In this document: positions 47,692 through 58,896 of the stretch, piece by piece
How positions within the stretch are numbered: the first letter of the stretch is position 1
How the letters are laid out: each line of letters begins with the position of its first letter
Source: an uncultured Anaerolinea sp.
Lineage (GTDB): Bacteria; Chloroflexota; Anaerolineae; Anaerolineales; UBA4823
DNA length: 64,000 nucleotides
NCBI GenBank assembly: GCA_964503145.1
Contig: CAZCYV010000015.1
Location: 20,378 to 84,377, forward strand
Reading direction: 5' to 3'
Notes under the pieces: generated by a model
What the model was told of the DNA's origin: nothing
Seen by the model: only the letters and a program-made list of their open reading frames with translations
Databases searched by the model: none
Translations under genes and position numbers: made by a program

Positions 47692-48860
47692 GCCGAGACC
47701 TGATCCTGGTCGCCATCTCCCTGATCACCTGGGGAATGGGTGAGGGGATGTTCTACTTCTTCCAGCCGCTCTACCTGGAAAAGCTGGGCGCTAATCCGGT
47801 GGAGATCGGCGGCATCCTGGGGATCACCGGCCTGGCGATGATGCTTTCCTTCCTGCCCGCCGGGTTGCTCTCCGACCGCATCGGCCGCCGCCCGCTGATC
47901 CGCCTGGCGTGGATCATGGGCACGGTCGCTACGCTGATGATGGCCTTTGCGCCCTCGCTGGCTCTGTTTGTGCCCGGCATCGTGCTGTATGGCGCTACCG
48001 GCTTCGTCACCGTGCCGCTCAACAGCTACACCACTGCCGCTCGCGGCCGCCTGAGCGTGGGGCGCGCCATCACCTTGATCACGGCCTCCTTCAGCTTCGG
48101 CACCATCCTGGGGCCGCTGGTGGGCGGCTGGATGGGCGAGCGATACGGCCTGGAGATGAACTTCCGCATCGCGGCAGGTTTCTTCATCGTCTCCACTCTG
48201 ATCATCTTCTTCATCCGGCCGCAGCCGGTGGTCGCCTCCGCCTCGGCTGGGCGTCTCGACGGGGTGCGCGGCCTGCTGCATCGGCGCTACTTGAGTTATC
48301 TGGCGCTGGTGCTGTTCATCATGCTAGGGATGTACCTGCCGCAGCCGCTCACTCCCAACTTCCTGCAGAGCTACCGTCATGTCAACCTGACGCAGATTGG
48401 GCAGTTGCTCTCGGCGCGCGGCGCCGGAGTGGTGCTGCTGAACCTGCTGCTAGGGCAGATGAACGCCCGCCTGGGGTTGCTGATCTCTCAGGGTTTGATG
48501 GCGTTTTTCAGCCTGCTCATCTGGTTGGGGAGCGGCTTCCCCACCTATCTGCTGGCCTATCTGCTGATGGGCAGCTTTGTCACCGCCCGCGGGCTGACGC
48601 TGGCTCAGGGGCGCTCGCTGGTGCAGGCGGCGAACATGGGCGCTGGCTACGGCCTGGTGGAGACGGTGATGGCGCTGGCCACTGTACTCGGCCCGCCGCT
48701 AGCGGGCTATCTGTATTCGCTCCAACCGGAATGGGTGTACCAGGTCAGCCTGGCGCTGCTCCTGGCCGGCCTGGTGTTGAACCTGGGCTTCTCGCCGGTG
48801 CGCCGCGCCGATGTGCAAGCCTTCGAAGAAAGGGAAAAAGCGCAATGGACGCAAACCTGA
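47688..48860 (+). CDS. MFS transporter
   Basis: GTG start overlapping the esterase stop (GTGA). 12 helices. LSDRIGRRPLI (MFS motif A). Confidence 0.85.
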   Translation: MSRDLILVAISLITWGMGEGMFYFFQPLYLEKLGANPVEIGGILGITGLAMMLSFLPAGLLSDRIGRRPLIRLAWIMGTVATLMMAFAPSLALFVPGIVLYGATGFVTVPLNSYTTAARGRLSVGRAITLITASFSFGTILGPLVGGWMGERYGLEMNFRIAAGFFIVSTLIIFFIRPQPVVASASAGRLDGVRGLLHRRYLSYLALVLFIMLGMYLPQPLTPNFLQSYRHVNLTQIGQLLSARGAGVVLLNLLLGQMNARLGLLISQGLMAFFSLLIWLGSGFPTYLLAYLLMGSFVTARGLTLAQGRSLVQAANMGAGYGLVETVMALATVLGPPLAGYLYSLQPEWVYQVSLALLLAGLVLNLGFSPVRRADVQAFEEREKAQWTQT

Positions 48861-49807
48861 TCGTTCAAAGCCTGGGCGCATGGTTGCTTGCTCCGATGCA
48901 GTTTTTCTCCTTCCTGGGTACCGAACAGTTCTACCTGTTCGTCGCCCCGGCGCTCTTGTGGTGCCTGGACGCCGGGCTGGGGCTGCGCCTGGGGCTGGGG
49001 CTGACGCTCTCCAGCGCGTTGAACTCGGCGCTCAAGCTGGCTTTCCACTCGCCGCGCCCTTACTGGCTGGATGCGCGCGTCCAAGCGCTGGCCGCCGAGA
49101 CCTCTTTCGGCATTCCCTCCGGCCATGCCCAGAACGCCGTGACCGTGTGGGGGCTGCTGGCCGCCAGCCTGCGCAGAACCTGGGCGTGGATCGCTGCCCT
49201 GGCGCTGATGCTGCTGATCGGCTTCTCGCGCATCTATTTGGGGGTGCATTTTCTGGGTGATGTGGTGGTCGGCTGGCTGGTGGGGGCGCTGATCCTGTGG
49301 GCCTTCTTGAACCTGGAGGGGCCGACGCTCTCCTGGCTGGCGCGCCGCTCCGTCGCCCAGCAGGCGCTGGCGGCGCTGGCGGTCTCGATGCTGCTGGTGC
49401 TGTTGGGGGCGCTGGCGCGGCTGGCGCTGGAGGGCTGGACCGTCCCCGGTCTATGGGAGAAGCTTGCGGCGCGCGCCCCTGACGCTGAACCGCTCGACCC
49501 GCTGTCGCTTTCCGGGCTGGTCTCGCAAGCAGGGGTCTTCTTCGGCCTGGCGCTGGGCGGCATCTTGCTCAAGCGCCGCGGCTGGTTCGACGCCCGCGGC
49601 CCGGCCGCGCAGCGCGCCCTGCGCTACCTGATCGGCGTGGCGGGCGTGCTGGCGATCTATACCCTGCTCGGGGCGATCTTTCCCCGCGGCGAGAGCCTGC
49701 TGCCCTACCTGCTGCGCTACCTGCGCTACTTTCTGATCGGGCTGTGGGTGGCTTTCCTGGCGCCCTGGCTGTTCGTCCGCCTGAACCTGGCGCGCCCGAC
49801 AGAATAA
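48845..49807 (+). CDS. PAP2-family lipid phosphate phosphatase with extra C-terminal TM helices
   Basis: ATG at 48845 (overlaps the MFS 3' end by 16 nt). KLAFHSPRP, PSGHAQ, SRIYLGVHFLGDV = PAP2 motifs C1-C3. The 632-aa listed ORF is an upstream read-through of this frame. Confidence 0.85.
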   Translation: MDANLIVQSLGAWLLAPMQFFSFLGTEQFYLFVAPALLWCLDAGLGLRLGLGLTLSSALNSALKLAFHSPRPYWLDARVQALAAETSFGIPSGHAQNAVTVWGLLAASLRRTWAWIAALALMLLIGFSRIYLGVHFLGDVVVGWLVGALILWAFLNLEGPTLSWLARRSVAQQALAALAVSMLLVLLGALARLALEGWTVPGLWEKLAARAPDAEPLDPLSLSGLVSQAGVFFGLALGGILLKRRGWFDARGPAAQRALRYLIGVAGVLAIYTLLGAIFPRGESLLPYLLRYLRYFLIGLWVAFLAPWLFVRLNLARPTE

Positions 49808-49884
49808 GCTTCGGAAGGTATCATAAGATGATTTGTCTGGGGAAAAATTAGATGCGTTTGTCCTGGAATTTCATATCCTGGACG

Positions 49885-49913
49885 TTGACGGATACGCCGT
49901 TTGCGGGTAGAAT
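49885..49913 (+). promoter_or_regulatory. Promoter of tRNA-Ala(GGC)
   Basis: TTGACG-17 nt-TAGAAT, ending 23 nt before the tRNA 5' end. Confidence 0.6.
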
Positions 49914-49936
49914 AAGTCACTGTCACGGAAGCCTCT

Positions 49937-50009
49937 GGGCCCATAGCGCAGTTGGGAGCGCGTCTCAATGGCATTGAGAAGGCCGTGGGTTCGAATCCCA
50001 CTGGGTCCA
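49937..50009 (+). tRNA. tRNA-Ala (anticodon GGC)
   Basis: GGGCCCA TA GCGC AGTTGGGA GCGC G TCTCA ATGGCAT TGAGA AGGCC GTGGG TTCGAAT CCCAC TGGGTCC A. G3:U70 present. No encoded CCA. Confidence 0.93.
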
Positions 50010-50104
50010 CTCGAGCGGTCGTTCGCAGTTGGCGGTTAGCCATCAGCGGCCGGGTGAACCGGTGAAAAGCTGAGTGCTGACCGCTCAATATATTCAAGGC
50101 CACC

Positions 50105-50398
50105 GCAGGAGTAGTAGGCCATCTGCCAGCGAGTCGGGAGAGCGAGGTGGAAGCCCGGCGAGGCGCCCGCAGAGCGCCATAAAGGCTGAACTCGCCTGCT
50201 GCCCGGCAGTCATCCGGGCTGGCCTCGGCGGTGAATCTGAGCCATCAGCCTAGCCGACGGCGGGTTTCGCCCGTTAGCGCGAGACAAAGCGGCCCGGGGA
50301 GCGCAGTGGCAGACTCTGCCCTTGAATTCCGGCTCCCCTGGCAAGCAGGGTGGTACCGCGGAGGTTGCCTTCGTCCCTGGTGGGACGAAGGATTTTTT
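50105..50398 (+). promoter_or_regulatory. T-box riboswitch leader, specifier CUC (Leu), with intrinsic terminator
   Basis: Stem I base is GCAGG(50105)/CCTGC(50199). The specifier loop has AGUAGUA on the 5' side and GAA-CUC-G on the 3' side (CUC = 50191..50193). Also present: AGAGA box (GGGAGAGCG), distal GGTGGAAGC, F-box CCGTTA (50271..50276) and the T-box sequence AGGGTGGTACCGCG (50347..50360). The terminator is CCTTCGTCCC-tggt-GGGACGAAGG + TTTTTT (50368..50398). Confidence 0.88.
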
Positions 50399-50418
50399 AT
50401 TATTTTTTGGAGGAGAAG

Positions 50419-51342
50419 ATGCCGCTGCCAAAATCTGATTGGATCTGGTACAACGGGGAATTCGTCCCCTGGGATCAGGCGACGGTGCATGTCAGCGCCC
50501 ATGTGCTGCACTATGGCTCCAGCGTGTTCGAGGGCATTCGCGCCTACAGCACGCCCTCTGGATCGGCGGTGCTGGGGCTGGACGCCCACGTGCGCCGGCT
50601 GTTCGAGTCCTGCCGCCTGACCCGCTTGGCCATGCCCTATACGCCAGAGCAAATCCGCTCTGCCATCCTGGAGTTGATCCGCCGCAACGGGCATGCGCAG
50701 TGTTACATCCGCCCGCTGGTGTTTCGTGGCTCGGATTCGTTCAGCCTGGACGCTCGCACCTGCCCGACAGAGGCGGCGATCATGACTATCGAGATGGGGC
50801 GTTACCTGGGCAACGAGGCGCTGGAGAACGGCGTGGACGTGATGGTCAGCTCGTGGCGACGCATTGCCCCGAACACCTCGCCGGTCTTTTCCAAGACGGG
50901 CGGCAATTACGTCAACTCGCAGTTCATCGCCATGGAGGCCAAGGATTACGGCTTCGTCGAGGGCATCGCCCTGGACGTGCATGGCTTCCTCAGCGAGGGC
51001 AGCGGCGAGAACATCTTCGCCGTGTATCGCGGGGTGATTTACACCCCGTCGTTCGGCTCGTCCATCTTGATGGGCATCACCCGCGATATCGTCATTACCC
51101 TGGCTAAAGAGCTGGGCTACGAAGTGCGCGAGGCGATGTTGCCGCGCGATCTGCTTTACGTGGCCGACGAGGTCTTCTTCACCGGCACGGCGGCGGAGAT
51201 CACCCCGGTGCGCTCGGTGGATCACGTGCCAGTGGGCGAGGGCAAGCGCGGGCCGATCACCCGGCGCCTGCAGGACGAGTTCTTCGCCATCGTCAGCGGC
51301 CAGGCGCCAGATCGGCACGGCTGGCTGACGATGGTCAGGTAG
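50419..51342 (+). CDS. ilvE: Branched-chain amino acid aminotransferase (class IV)
   Basis: ATG at 50419 after GGAGGAG. WIWYNGEFVPWDQATVHVSAHVLHYGSSVFEGIRAY is colinear with E. coli IlvE. SEGSGENIF and FFTGTAAEITPV blocks. Confidence 0.93.
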   Translation: MPLPKSDWIWYNGEFVPWDQATVHVSAHVLHYGSSVFEGIRAYSTPSGSAVLGLDAHVRRLFESCRLTRLAMPYTPEQIRSAILELIRRNGHAQCYIRPLVFRGSDSFSLDARTCPTEAAIMTIEMGRYLGNEALENGVDVMVSSWRRIAPNTSPVFSKTGGNYVNSQFIAMEAKDYGFVEGIALDVHGFLSEGSGENIFAVYRGVIYTPSFGSSILMGITRDIVITLAKELGYEVREAMLPRDLLYVADEVFFTGTAAEITPVRSVDHVPVGEGKRGPITRRLQDEFFAIVSGQAPDRHGWLTMVR

Positions 51343-51354
51343 AGGATCGAGACG

Positions 51355-52173
51355 ATGGGCGTCGCGCTGGCGGTCACCTGGAATCCACGCGGCGAGTTGC
51401 CGCGCTTTGAGCGCCTGCTGCCGCAACTGCAGCAGGTGTATCAGGGGCTGGCGATCTCCTTCCCGCCCGACGTAGAGCCGACGACGGCGCAGGTGTTCAC
51501 CCAGGGCAAATACGCCGCCGGGCTGGAAATCCAGACGGCGGTCAACCAGGATTGGAGCTGGGGGCGGTACGTGGCGCTGCGCTTGGGGGCGCAGTTCCAG
51601 GCTGATTTCGTCCACTACGCCGACATGGACCGCCTGCTGCGCTGGGTGGAGACCCGCCCACAGGAATGGCGGCAAGCGGTGCAGGCGATCCAGGCGACGG
51701 ACTGCCTGGTGCTAGGGCGTTCGGCGGCGGCTTATCGCACCCATCCCCAATCGCTGATCCTGACCGAGCAGATCAGCAACCGGGTGGTATCGCACTTCCT
51801 GGGGCGGGCGATGGACGTCAGCGCCGGTTCGAAGGGTTTCAGTGGGGCGGCGGCGGAGTACCTGGCGGCGAATACCCAGCCCGGGCGGGCGCTGGGCACA
51901 GACGCCGAATGGCCGATCCTGCTGCAGCGGGCAGGGTTTCGGGTGGACTACCTGGAGGTGGACGGGCTGGATTGGGAATCGGCCGACCGCTATCAGGAGC
52001 AGGCGGCGGGGGCGGAGGCGCAGCGGCGGGCGGCGGAGCAGGTGGATGCCGACCCACGCGCCTGGGAGTGGCGCGTGCGTGTAGCCAACGAGATTGTCGA
52101 GGCGGCGTTCGAGGCGGCGGCCCGGAAACTGATCCCGGCGGTGGCCGGTGTAAGCGAGGTTCACCATGAATAG
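51355..52173 (+). CDS. Hypothetical protein (272 aa)
   Basis: Clean ORF 12 nt after ilvE, overlapping the next gene by 8 nt. No motif I recognise. Confidence 0.55.
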   Translation: MGVALAVTWNPRGELPRFERLLPQLQQVYQGLAISFPPDVEPTTAQVFTQGKYAAGLEIQTAVNQDWSWGRYVALRLGAQFQADFVHYADMDRLLRWVETRPQEWRQAVQAIQATDCLVLGRSAAAYRTHPQSLILTEQISNRVVSHFLGRAMDVSAGSKGFSGAAAEYLAANTQPGRALGTDAEWPILLQRAGFRVDYLEVDGLDWESADRYQEQAAGAEAQRRAAEQVDADPRAWEWRVRVANEIVEAAFEAAARKLIPAVAGVSEVHHE

Positions 52174-52927
52174 CGCGCAAGGTTGGCAGGACGAAGACGG
52201 CTATGCCAGCGTCTTCGAAGTGGACGACTATCTGTACTTCTACGGCGAGATGCTCACCGATGAAGTCACCGAGCGGCAGGTGGCGGCGCTGACGCAGTTG
52301 CTTGGGCTGGATCGCCCCATGCGCATCCTCGACCTGGGCTGTGGTCACGGGCGGCACGCCAACCGCCTGGCGGCGCTGGGACACCAGGTGACCGGTTACG
52401 ATCGTTCGGTGGGCTTTCTGGACCTTGCCCGGCGCGACGCTGCAGCGCGCGGCGTGAGCGTGGATTACCGCCAGGGCGACATGCGTCAGCTCGATTTCGA
52501 CCAGGCCTTCGACTGTGTCTTGATGCTGTTCACCGTCTTCGGTTATTTCGACGATGACGAAAATCTGCTGGTGCTGCGCAAGGTCGCCCGCGCCCTCAGA
52601 CCCGGCGGTCGGCTGCTGTTCGATATCCTCAATCGGGATGTCTTTCTGGTTGGTTTTCGACCCGATTTCGTCACCGAAAAGCAGGGCAACCTGATGATCG
52701 ACCGCAACCGCTTCGATATGCTCAGCGGCAGGCTGTACAACCAGCGCATCGTCATCCGCGAAGGTGCGCGGCGCGACAAGCCTTTCTTTGTGCGCCTGTA
52801 CAATGCCACCGAGATGCGCGACCTGCTGCGCCAAGCGGGCCTGGAATTGGAGCAGGTTTACGGCGGTTGGGAAGGTCAGCCGTTGAGCACAGAATCGAGA
52901 AGAATGATTATAATCGCTCGGAAGTAG
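52166..52927 (+). CDS. Class I SAM-dependent methyltransferase
   Basis: ILDLGCGHGRHANRLA (motif I), LRPGGRLLFD (post-II). Confidence 0.85.
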   Translation: MNSAQGWQDEDGYASVFEVDDYLYFYGEMLTDEVTERQVAALTQLLGLDRPMRILDLGCGHGRHANRLAALGHQVTGYDRSVGFLDLARRDAAARGVSVDYRQGDMRQLDFDQAFDCVLMLFTVFGYFDDDENLLVLRKVARALRPGGRLLFDILNRDVFLVGFRPDFVTEKQGNLMIDRNRFDMLSGRLYNQRIVIREGARRDKPFFVRLYNATEMRDLLRQAGLELEQVYGGWEGQPLSTESRRMIIIARK

Positions 52928-52969
52928 CGAGTTTGGCGTTTGCCGCCAGAACTTGACAAGGAGATTTAG

Positions 52970-55737
<2,768 letters not shown>

Positions 55738-55741
<4 letters not shown>

Positions 55742-56193
55742 CTGGCGGCGCGCTTTTGCCCGGCCATCTGCCACCACAACAGTCCACCCACGGCGCCCAG
55801 ACCGGCCATCAGGGCCAGGTCCAGCAAGCCGACACAGCAGGCGCTGCCGAACACGCCGAGGTAGTAAGCGGCGCTGAAGTCGCCGCCGCTGGGGGCGCGA
55901 AACCCCCACTGGCGCAACAGCTGCTGCGCCAGTTCCGGGCCGACCAGCGCCGCGTTGATCCCGGCGCCGATGAACTGACCCAGGATCGCCCCGATGCCGC
56001 CGAGCGCGCCCGCCAGCGCCCCAACTCTGGCGGAGGCGCCGGGAGCGAGCGGCTTATCGAAGACGCCCGCCAGCCCACCCGCTGCCAGCCCGAGAAAGAT
56101 CGCTACGCACGGCACGCACAGCGGGCTGAGCAGGGTGATCCCCGCGCTCAGGATCAAGGCAGTGATTCCGACGATCAAGCTGGATTTCAACAT
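55738..56193 (-). CDS. Small Gly/Ala-rich membrane protein (151 aa)
   Basis: ATG at 56193 with a GGAAGGAGG SD. Four hydrophobic helices (MLKSSLIVGITALILSAGITLL...). The upstream part of the listed ORF overlaps the hydrolase gene out of frame. Confidence 0.55.
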
Positions 56194-56213
56194 CGCAGGC
56201 CTCCTTCCTGTGG

Positions 56214-57914
56214 CTATTCTTCCTTGACAATCGGCAACTCCAGGTAACTTGGGCGCTCTGAGTCGTGGTACAGGGTTACATGGGCGGTGCGCGCATCCTG
56301 GCCTGATTCGGCAGCGACGACGCCTCCGCTGTTGTAGTTCTTCTGGATATAGATCGAGTTTGGCGAGACGATCAGCAGCCGCAGACGACTGCCTTTGGCC
56401 ACCTGGCGGGAGAAGAAGGTGAAACCGTCGAATTGGTAGCGCTCGATCTCGCCGGGGGTGACCAGCTTTTCTTCCCGCAGCGACTGGCGATAGCGCGCCC
56501 GCAGCATGTCCTGGGTGAGGTGGATGCACGAGCCATCCAGCAGGATTTCGCTAAGGGTGACCTGGAAATCGGTGTCCGGCACATCCAGGGCGATCCAGGC
56601 GACGAACCGGACATAGCCGGTGATTTCGACGTCCTGCTCGAACGGCTCGCTGTGGTACACCAGCCCGTTGCCGAAGAGGTTCAAGGCGTAGCGCTGATCG
56701 GTGAAGCGGTCTTTGATCTCCTGGCGCTCCAATTCGGCTAGGCGGGTGTCCAGCGGATCGTAGATGTAAGCATCTGGCTGGCTTTTGGCAGGCGGCGCGT
56801 CTTGCAGGAAGCCGGAGTGGAAGACGTCATTGGCGTTGCCATGGGCGGAATTGAGGTACAGGCGGCGCGTCTCGTCCGAGATGGCCTCCAGGCTGTCGGC
56901 GTATTTCCACTCTTCCGCCCCGGCCAGGTAGTAGGCCACCCGTTTTTTCAGGAATTCGGGTTTGGGGCCGCCCTGCATCGTCCAGGCGTACCATTCGGCG
57001 TGCAGCTTGTTCAGGTCGAGCAAACAGGCCTCGCCGAACTTCAGCCCGCCGAATTCACGATTGGGAGTGCGCGTCCCGGCGTGATCCCAGGGGCCGATGA
57101 TCAGATAGTGCTGCTCGCGCGCCGGGGAGGCCGAACGCATATGCTGATGGTAGTAATGCATCGCCCCAGGCTGATCGTCGTCGTAGTGCCCGGTGATGGA
57201 CAGGATGGGGATAGCGATGCGGTCGTATTCCTGCGGAGTGAGCGCCATCGTATCCCAATAGGCGTCGGGGGTGGGGTGCTGCAGCCAGGTCTGGAAATGG
57301 GTGGTGGTGTTGCCGACGACCTGATCGAGTTGATTGAAGGGGCGGTGGCTAAGGTACAGTTCGCGGTACTTCTCGATCCAGAAGGACTCCTCGGCGAACA
57401 GATTGGCGTTGCCGGTCACGCCGCTGACCAGCGTCTGCCATTGCATCTCATAGGCGTACAGGATGTTCTTGAAGAAAGGGAAGTCCACCGCGGCATGCGC
57501 CGCGGCTGCGGGGACGATAGTCTTCAGGTGCGGCGGGAACTCTTTGAGCGCCATCCACTGGTCGAAGCCGGCGTAGGAGCCGCCCCACATCGCCACCGAG
57601 CCATCGCACCACGGCTGGGCCGCCAGCCACTCGACGATGTCATGGGCGTCGCGGCCTTCGTTGACGAACGGCTCGAACTTGCCCTGTGAGTTGCCACGCC
57701 CGCGGCAATCCACCAGGGCGAAGGCGAAGCCGTGATTGGCGAAGTAGTAGGCGCGGGCATGGTAGGAATCGGCGATGTAGGGGGTGAGGGTGAAGATGAC
57801 CGGGGTTGGGGCGGCGTCTTTGGGCCTGTAGAGCGTGGCGTTGAGCAGGACGCCGTCGCGCATTGGGATTTTCAGGCCCCAGGTGAAGTCGATGTTTTGG
57901 GAGGGTTCAGACAT
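56214..57914 (-). CDS. CocE/NonD-family (S15, X-Pro dipeptidyl-peptidase-like) hydrolase
   Basis: IPMRDGVLLNATLYRP..., RGRGNSQG, WGGSYAG (GxSxG-type), with a C-terminal beta-sandwich region. Confidence 0.85.
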   Translation of the reverse strand: MSEPSQNIDFTWGLKIPMRDGVLLNATLYRPKDAAPTPVIFTLTPYIADSYHARAYYFANHGFAFALVDCRGRGNSQGKFEPFVNEGRDAHDIVEWLAAQPWCDGSVAMWGGSYAGFDQWMALKEFPPHLKTIVPAAAAHAAVDFPFFKNILYAYEMQWQTLVSGVTGNANLFAEESFWIEKYRELYLSHRPFNQLDQVVGNTTTHFQTWLQHPTPDAYWDTMALTPQEYDRIAIPILSITGHYDDDQPGAMHYYHQHMRSASPAREQHYLIIGPWDHAGTRTPNREFGGLKFGEACLLDLNKLHAEWYAWTMQGGPKPEFLKKRVAYYLAGAEEWKYADSLEAISDETRRLYLNSAHGNANDVFHSGFLQDAPPAKSQPDAYIYDPLDTRLAELERQEIKDRFTDQRYALNLFGNGLVYHSEPFEQDVEITGYVRFVAWIALDVPDTDFQVTLSEILLDGSCIHLTQDMLRARYRQSLREEKLVTPGEIERYQFDGFTFFSRQVAKGSRLRLLIVSPNSIYIQKNYNSGGVVAAESGQDARTAHVTLYHDSERPSYLELPIVKEE

Positions 57915-58137
57915 TTTTGTAATCCCTGATGGCGATCTGGTAGGTGAAACGGCTTAGAATCCAGGCGTCCGAGGCGGTGAAGCTGGAAGGATGATCATCT
58001 GGAGCACCACAGGAAACCTTATCATCAGATCGCAACACCGGTTTCGGCAATGAAAACTTCCAAAGCGGCCGCTTGATCTTCGAAAACTTCCGCTCCGAAG
58101 GTTTCGATGTGGGATTCAATGGGCAATTTGCCATCGT

Positions 58138-58878
58138 TTAGCGCTTCTTCCTCCCTGCGGCGTAGAACGTAGGCACGAAGAGCACGCGTGCGCCGCTCGC
58201 CCAGGCCTGGGCGTCGCTCTGCCGCAGACGCGCCAGTTCCTCGGGGGGGAGCGCCCCACCCAGGTCGGCCTGCAGCACCTGCCACTCCTGGGCCAGGTCC
58301 TCCGGCGCAGGCGCAGCGCGCCACTGCCCGCCCAGCACGCCGGTCTCGACTTCCTGCAACCCGGCGGCGTGGAACAGGGCGGCCAGGCGGCGGCCGAGGC
58401 GCGTCTCGGCGCCCTGGCGACGCAGGGCGGCCTCTTGCAGCGCGCCGAGCTGGATCAGTTCGTCGGGGTAGTCGATGCGCCCGCCGTAGTCTGGCTCGGC
58501 CAGGGCCAGCAGCCAGCCGCCAGGGCGAAGAATGCGGCGCATCTCAGCCAGGACGCGGGCGGGGTCGACCACCCATAGCAGCAGAAAATGGCAGCAGACG
58601 ATGTCGAAGCTGGCCTCGGCGTAGGGCAGAAAATGGGCGTCGCCCTGGACAAGCGCCGCGGCAGGTGTGTTGCGCTTTGCCTGGAGCAAAAATGCATCCT
58701 CCAGGTCCAGGCCATGCACCTGGCAGCCGCTCTCGGCCAGCGTGGAGAGCACCGCGCCGGTGCCGCAGCCCACCTCGAGCAGGCGCATGCTGGAGGAAAG
58801 CCCGGCGCGCTGCAACAGATAGCGCCGGATTTGCTCCGTCCAGCGCGCCTGCTGGGTGAAGCGGGCGTGCCAGTTCAT
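58138..58878 (-). CDS. Class I SAM-dependent methyltransferase
   Basis: LLEVGCGTGAVLSTLA (motif I), LRPGGWLLAL. 18 nt downstream of the pseudo-rSAM gene. Confidence 0.85.
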   Translation of the reverse strand: MNWHARFTQQARWTEQIRRYLLQRAGLSSSMRLLEVGCGTGAVLSTLAESGCQVHGLDLEDAFLLQAKRNTPAAALVQGDAHFLPYAEASFDIVCCHFLLLWVVDPARVLAEMRRILRPGGWLLALAEPDYGGRIDYPDELIQLGALQEAALRRQGAETRLGRRLAALFHAAGLQEVETGVLGGQWRAAPAPEDLAQEWQVLQADLGGALPPEELARLRQSDAQAWASGARVLFVPTFYAAGRKKR

Positions 58879-58896
58879 TGTGGCCTCAGCAGCCAG

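Noticed and set aside
47909-48844. The N-terminal two thirds of the 632-aa ORF 47909..49807.
   Set aside because: This part overlaps the MFS gene out of frame and reads as Arg/Ala/Gly junk. PAP2 motifs and TM helices only begin after the ATG at 48845, so I annotated the gene from there.
50013-50086. A 74-nt element closed by an 8-bp stem GAGCGGTC/GACCGCTC directly after tRNA-Ala(GGC). It is tRNA-sized and has an AGTTGG D-loop-like string.
   Set aside because: I could not fold D, anticodon or T arms, and there is no GTTCGAAT-type T-loop. It may be a processing or terminator structure, or an upstream part of the T-box leader, but I cannot support it as an RNA gene.
57907-58134. 75-aa ORF MANCPLNPTSKPSERKFSKIK... 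overlapping the CocE/NonD start.
   Set aside because: It has basic low-complexity composition, no SD and no recognisable fold. I kept it only as part of a low-interest finding about the spacer and did not call it as a gene.
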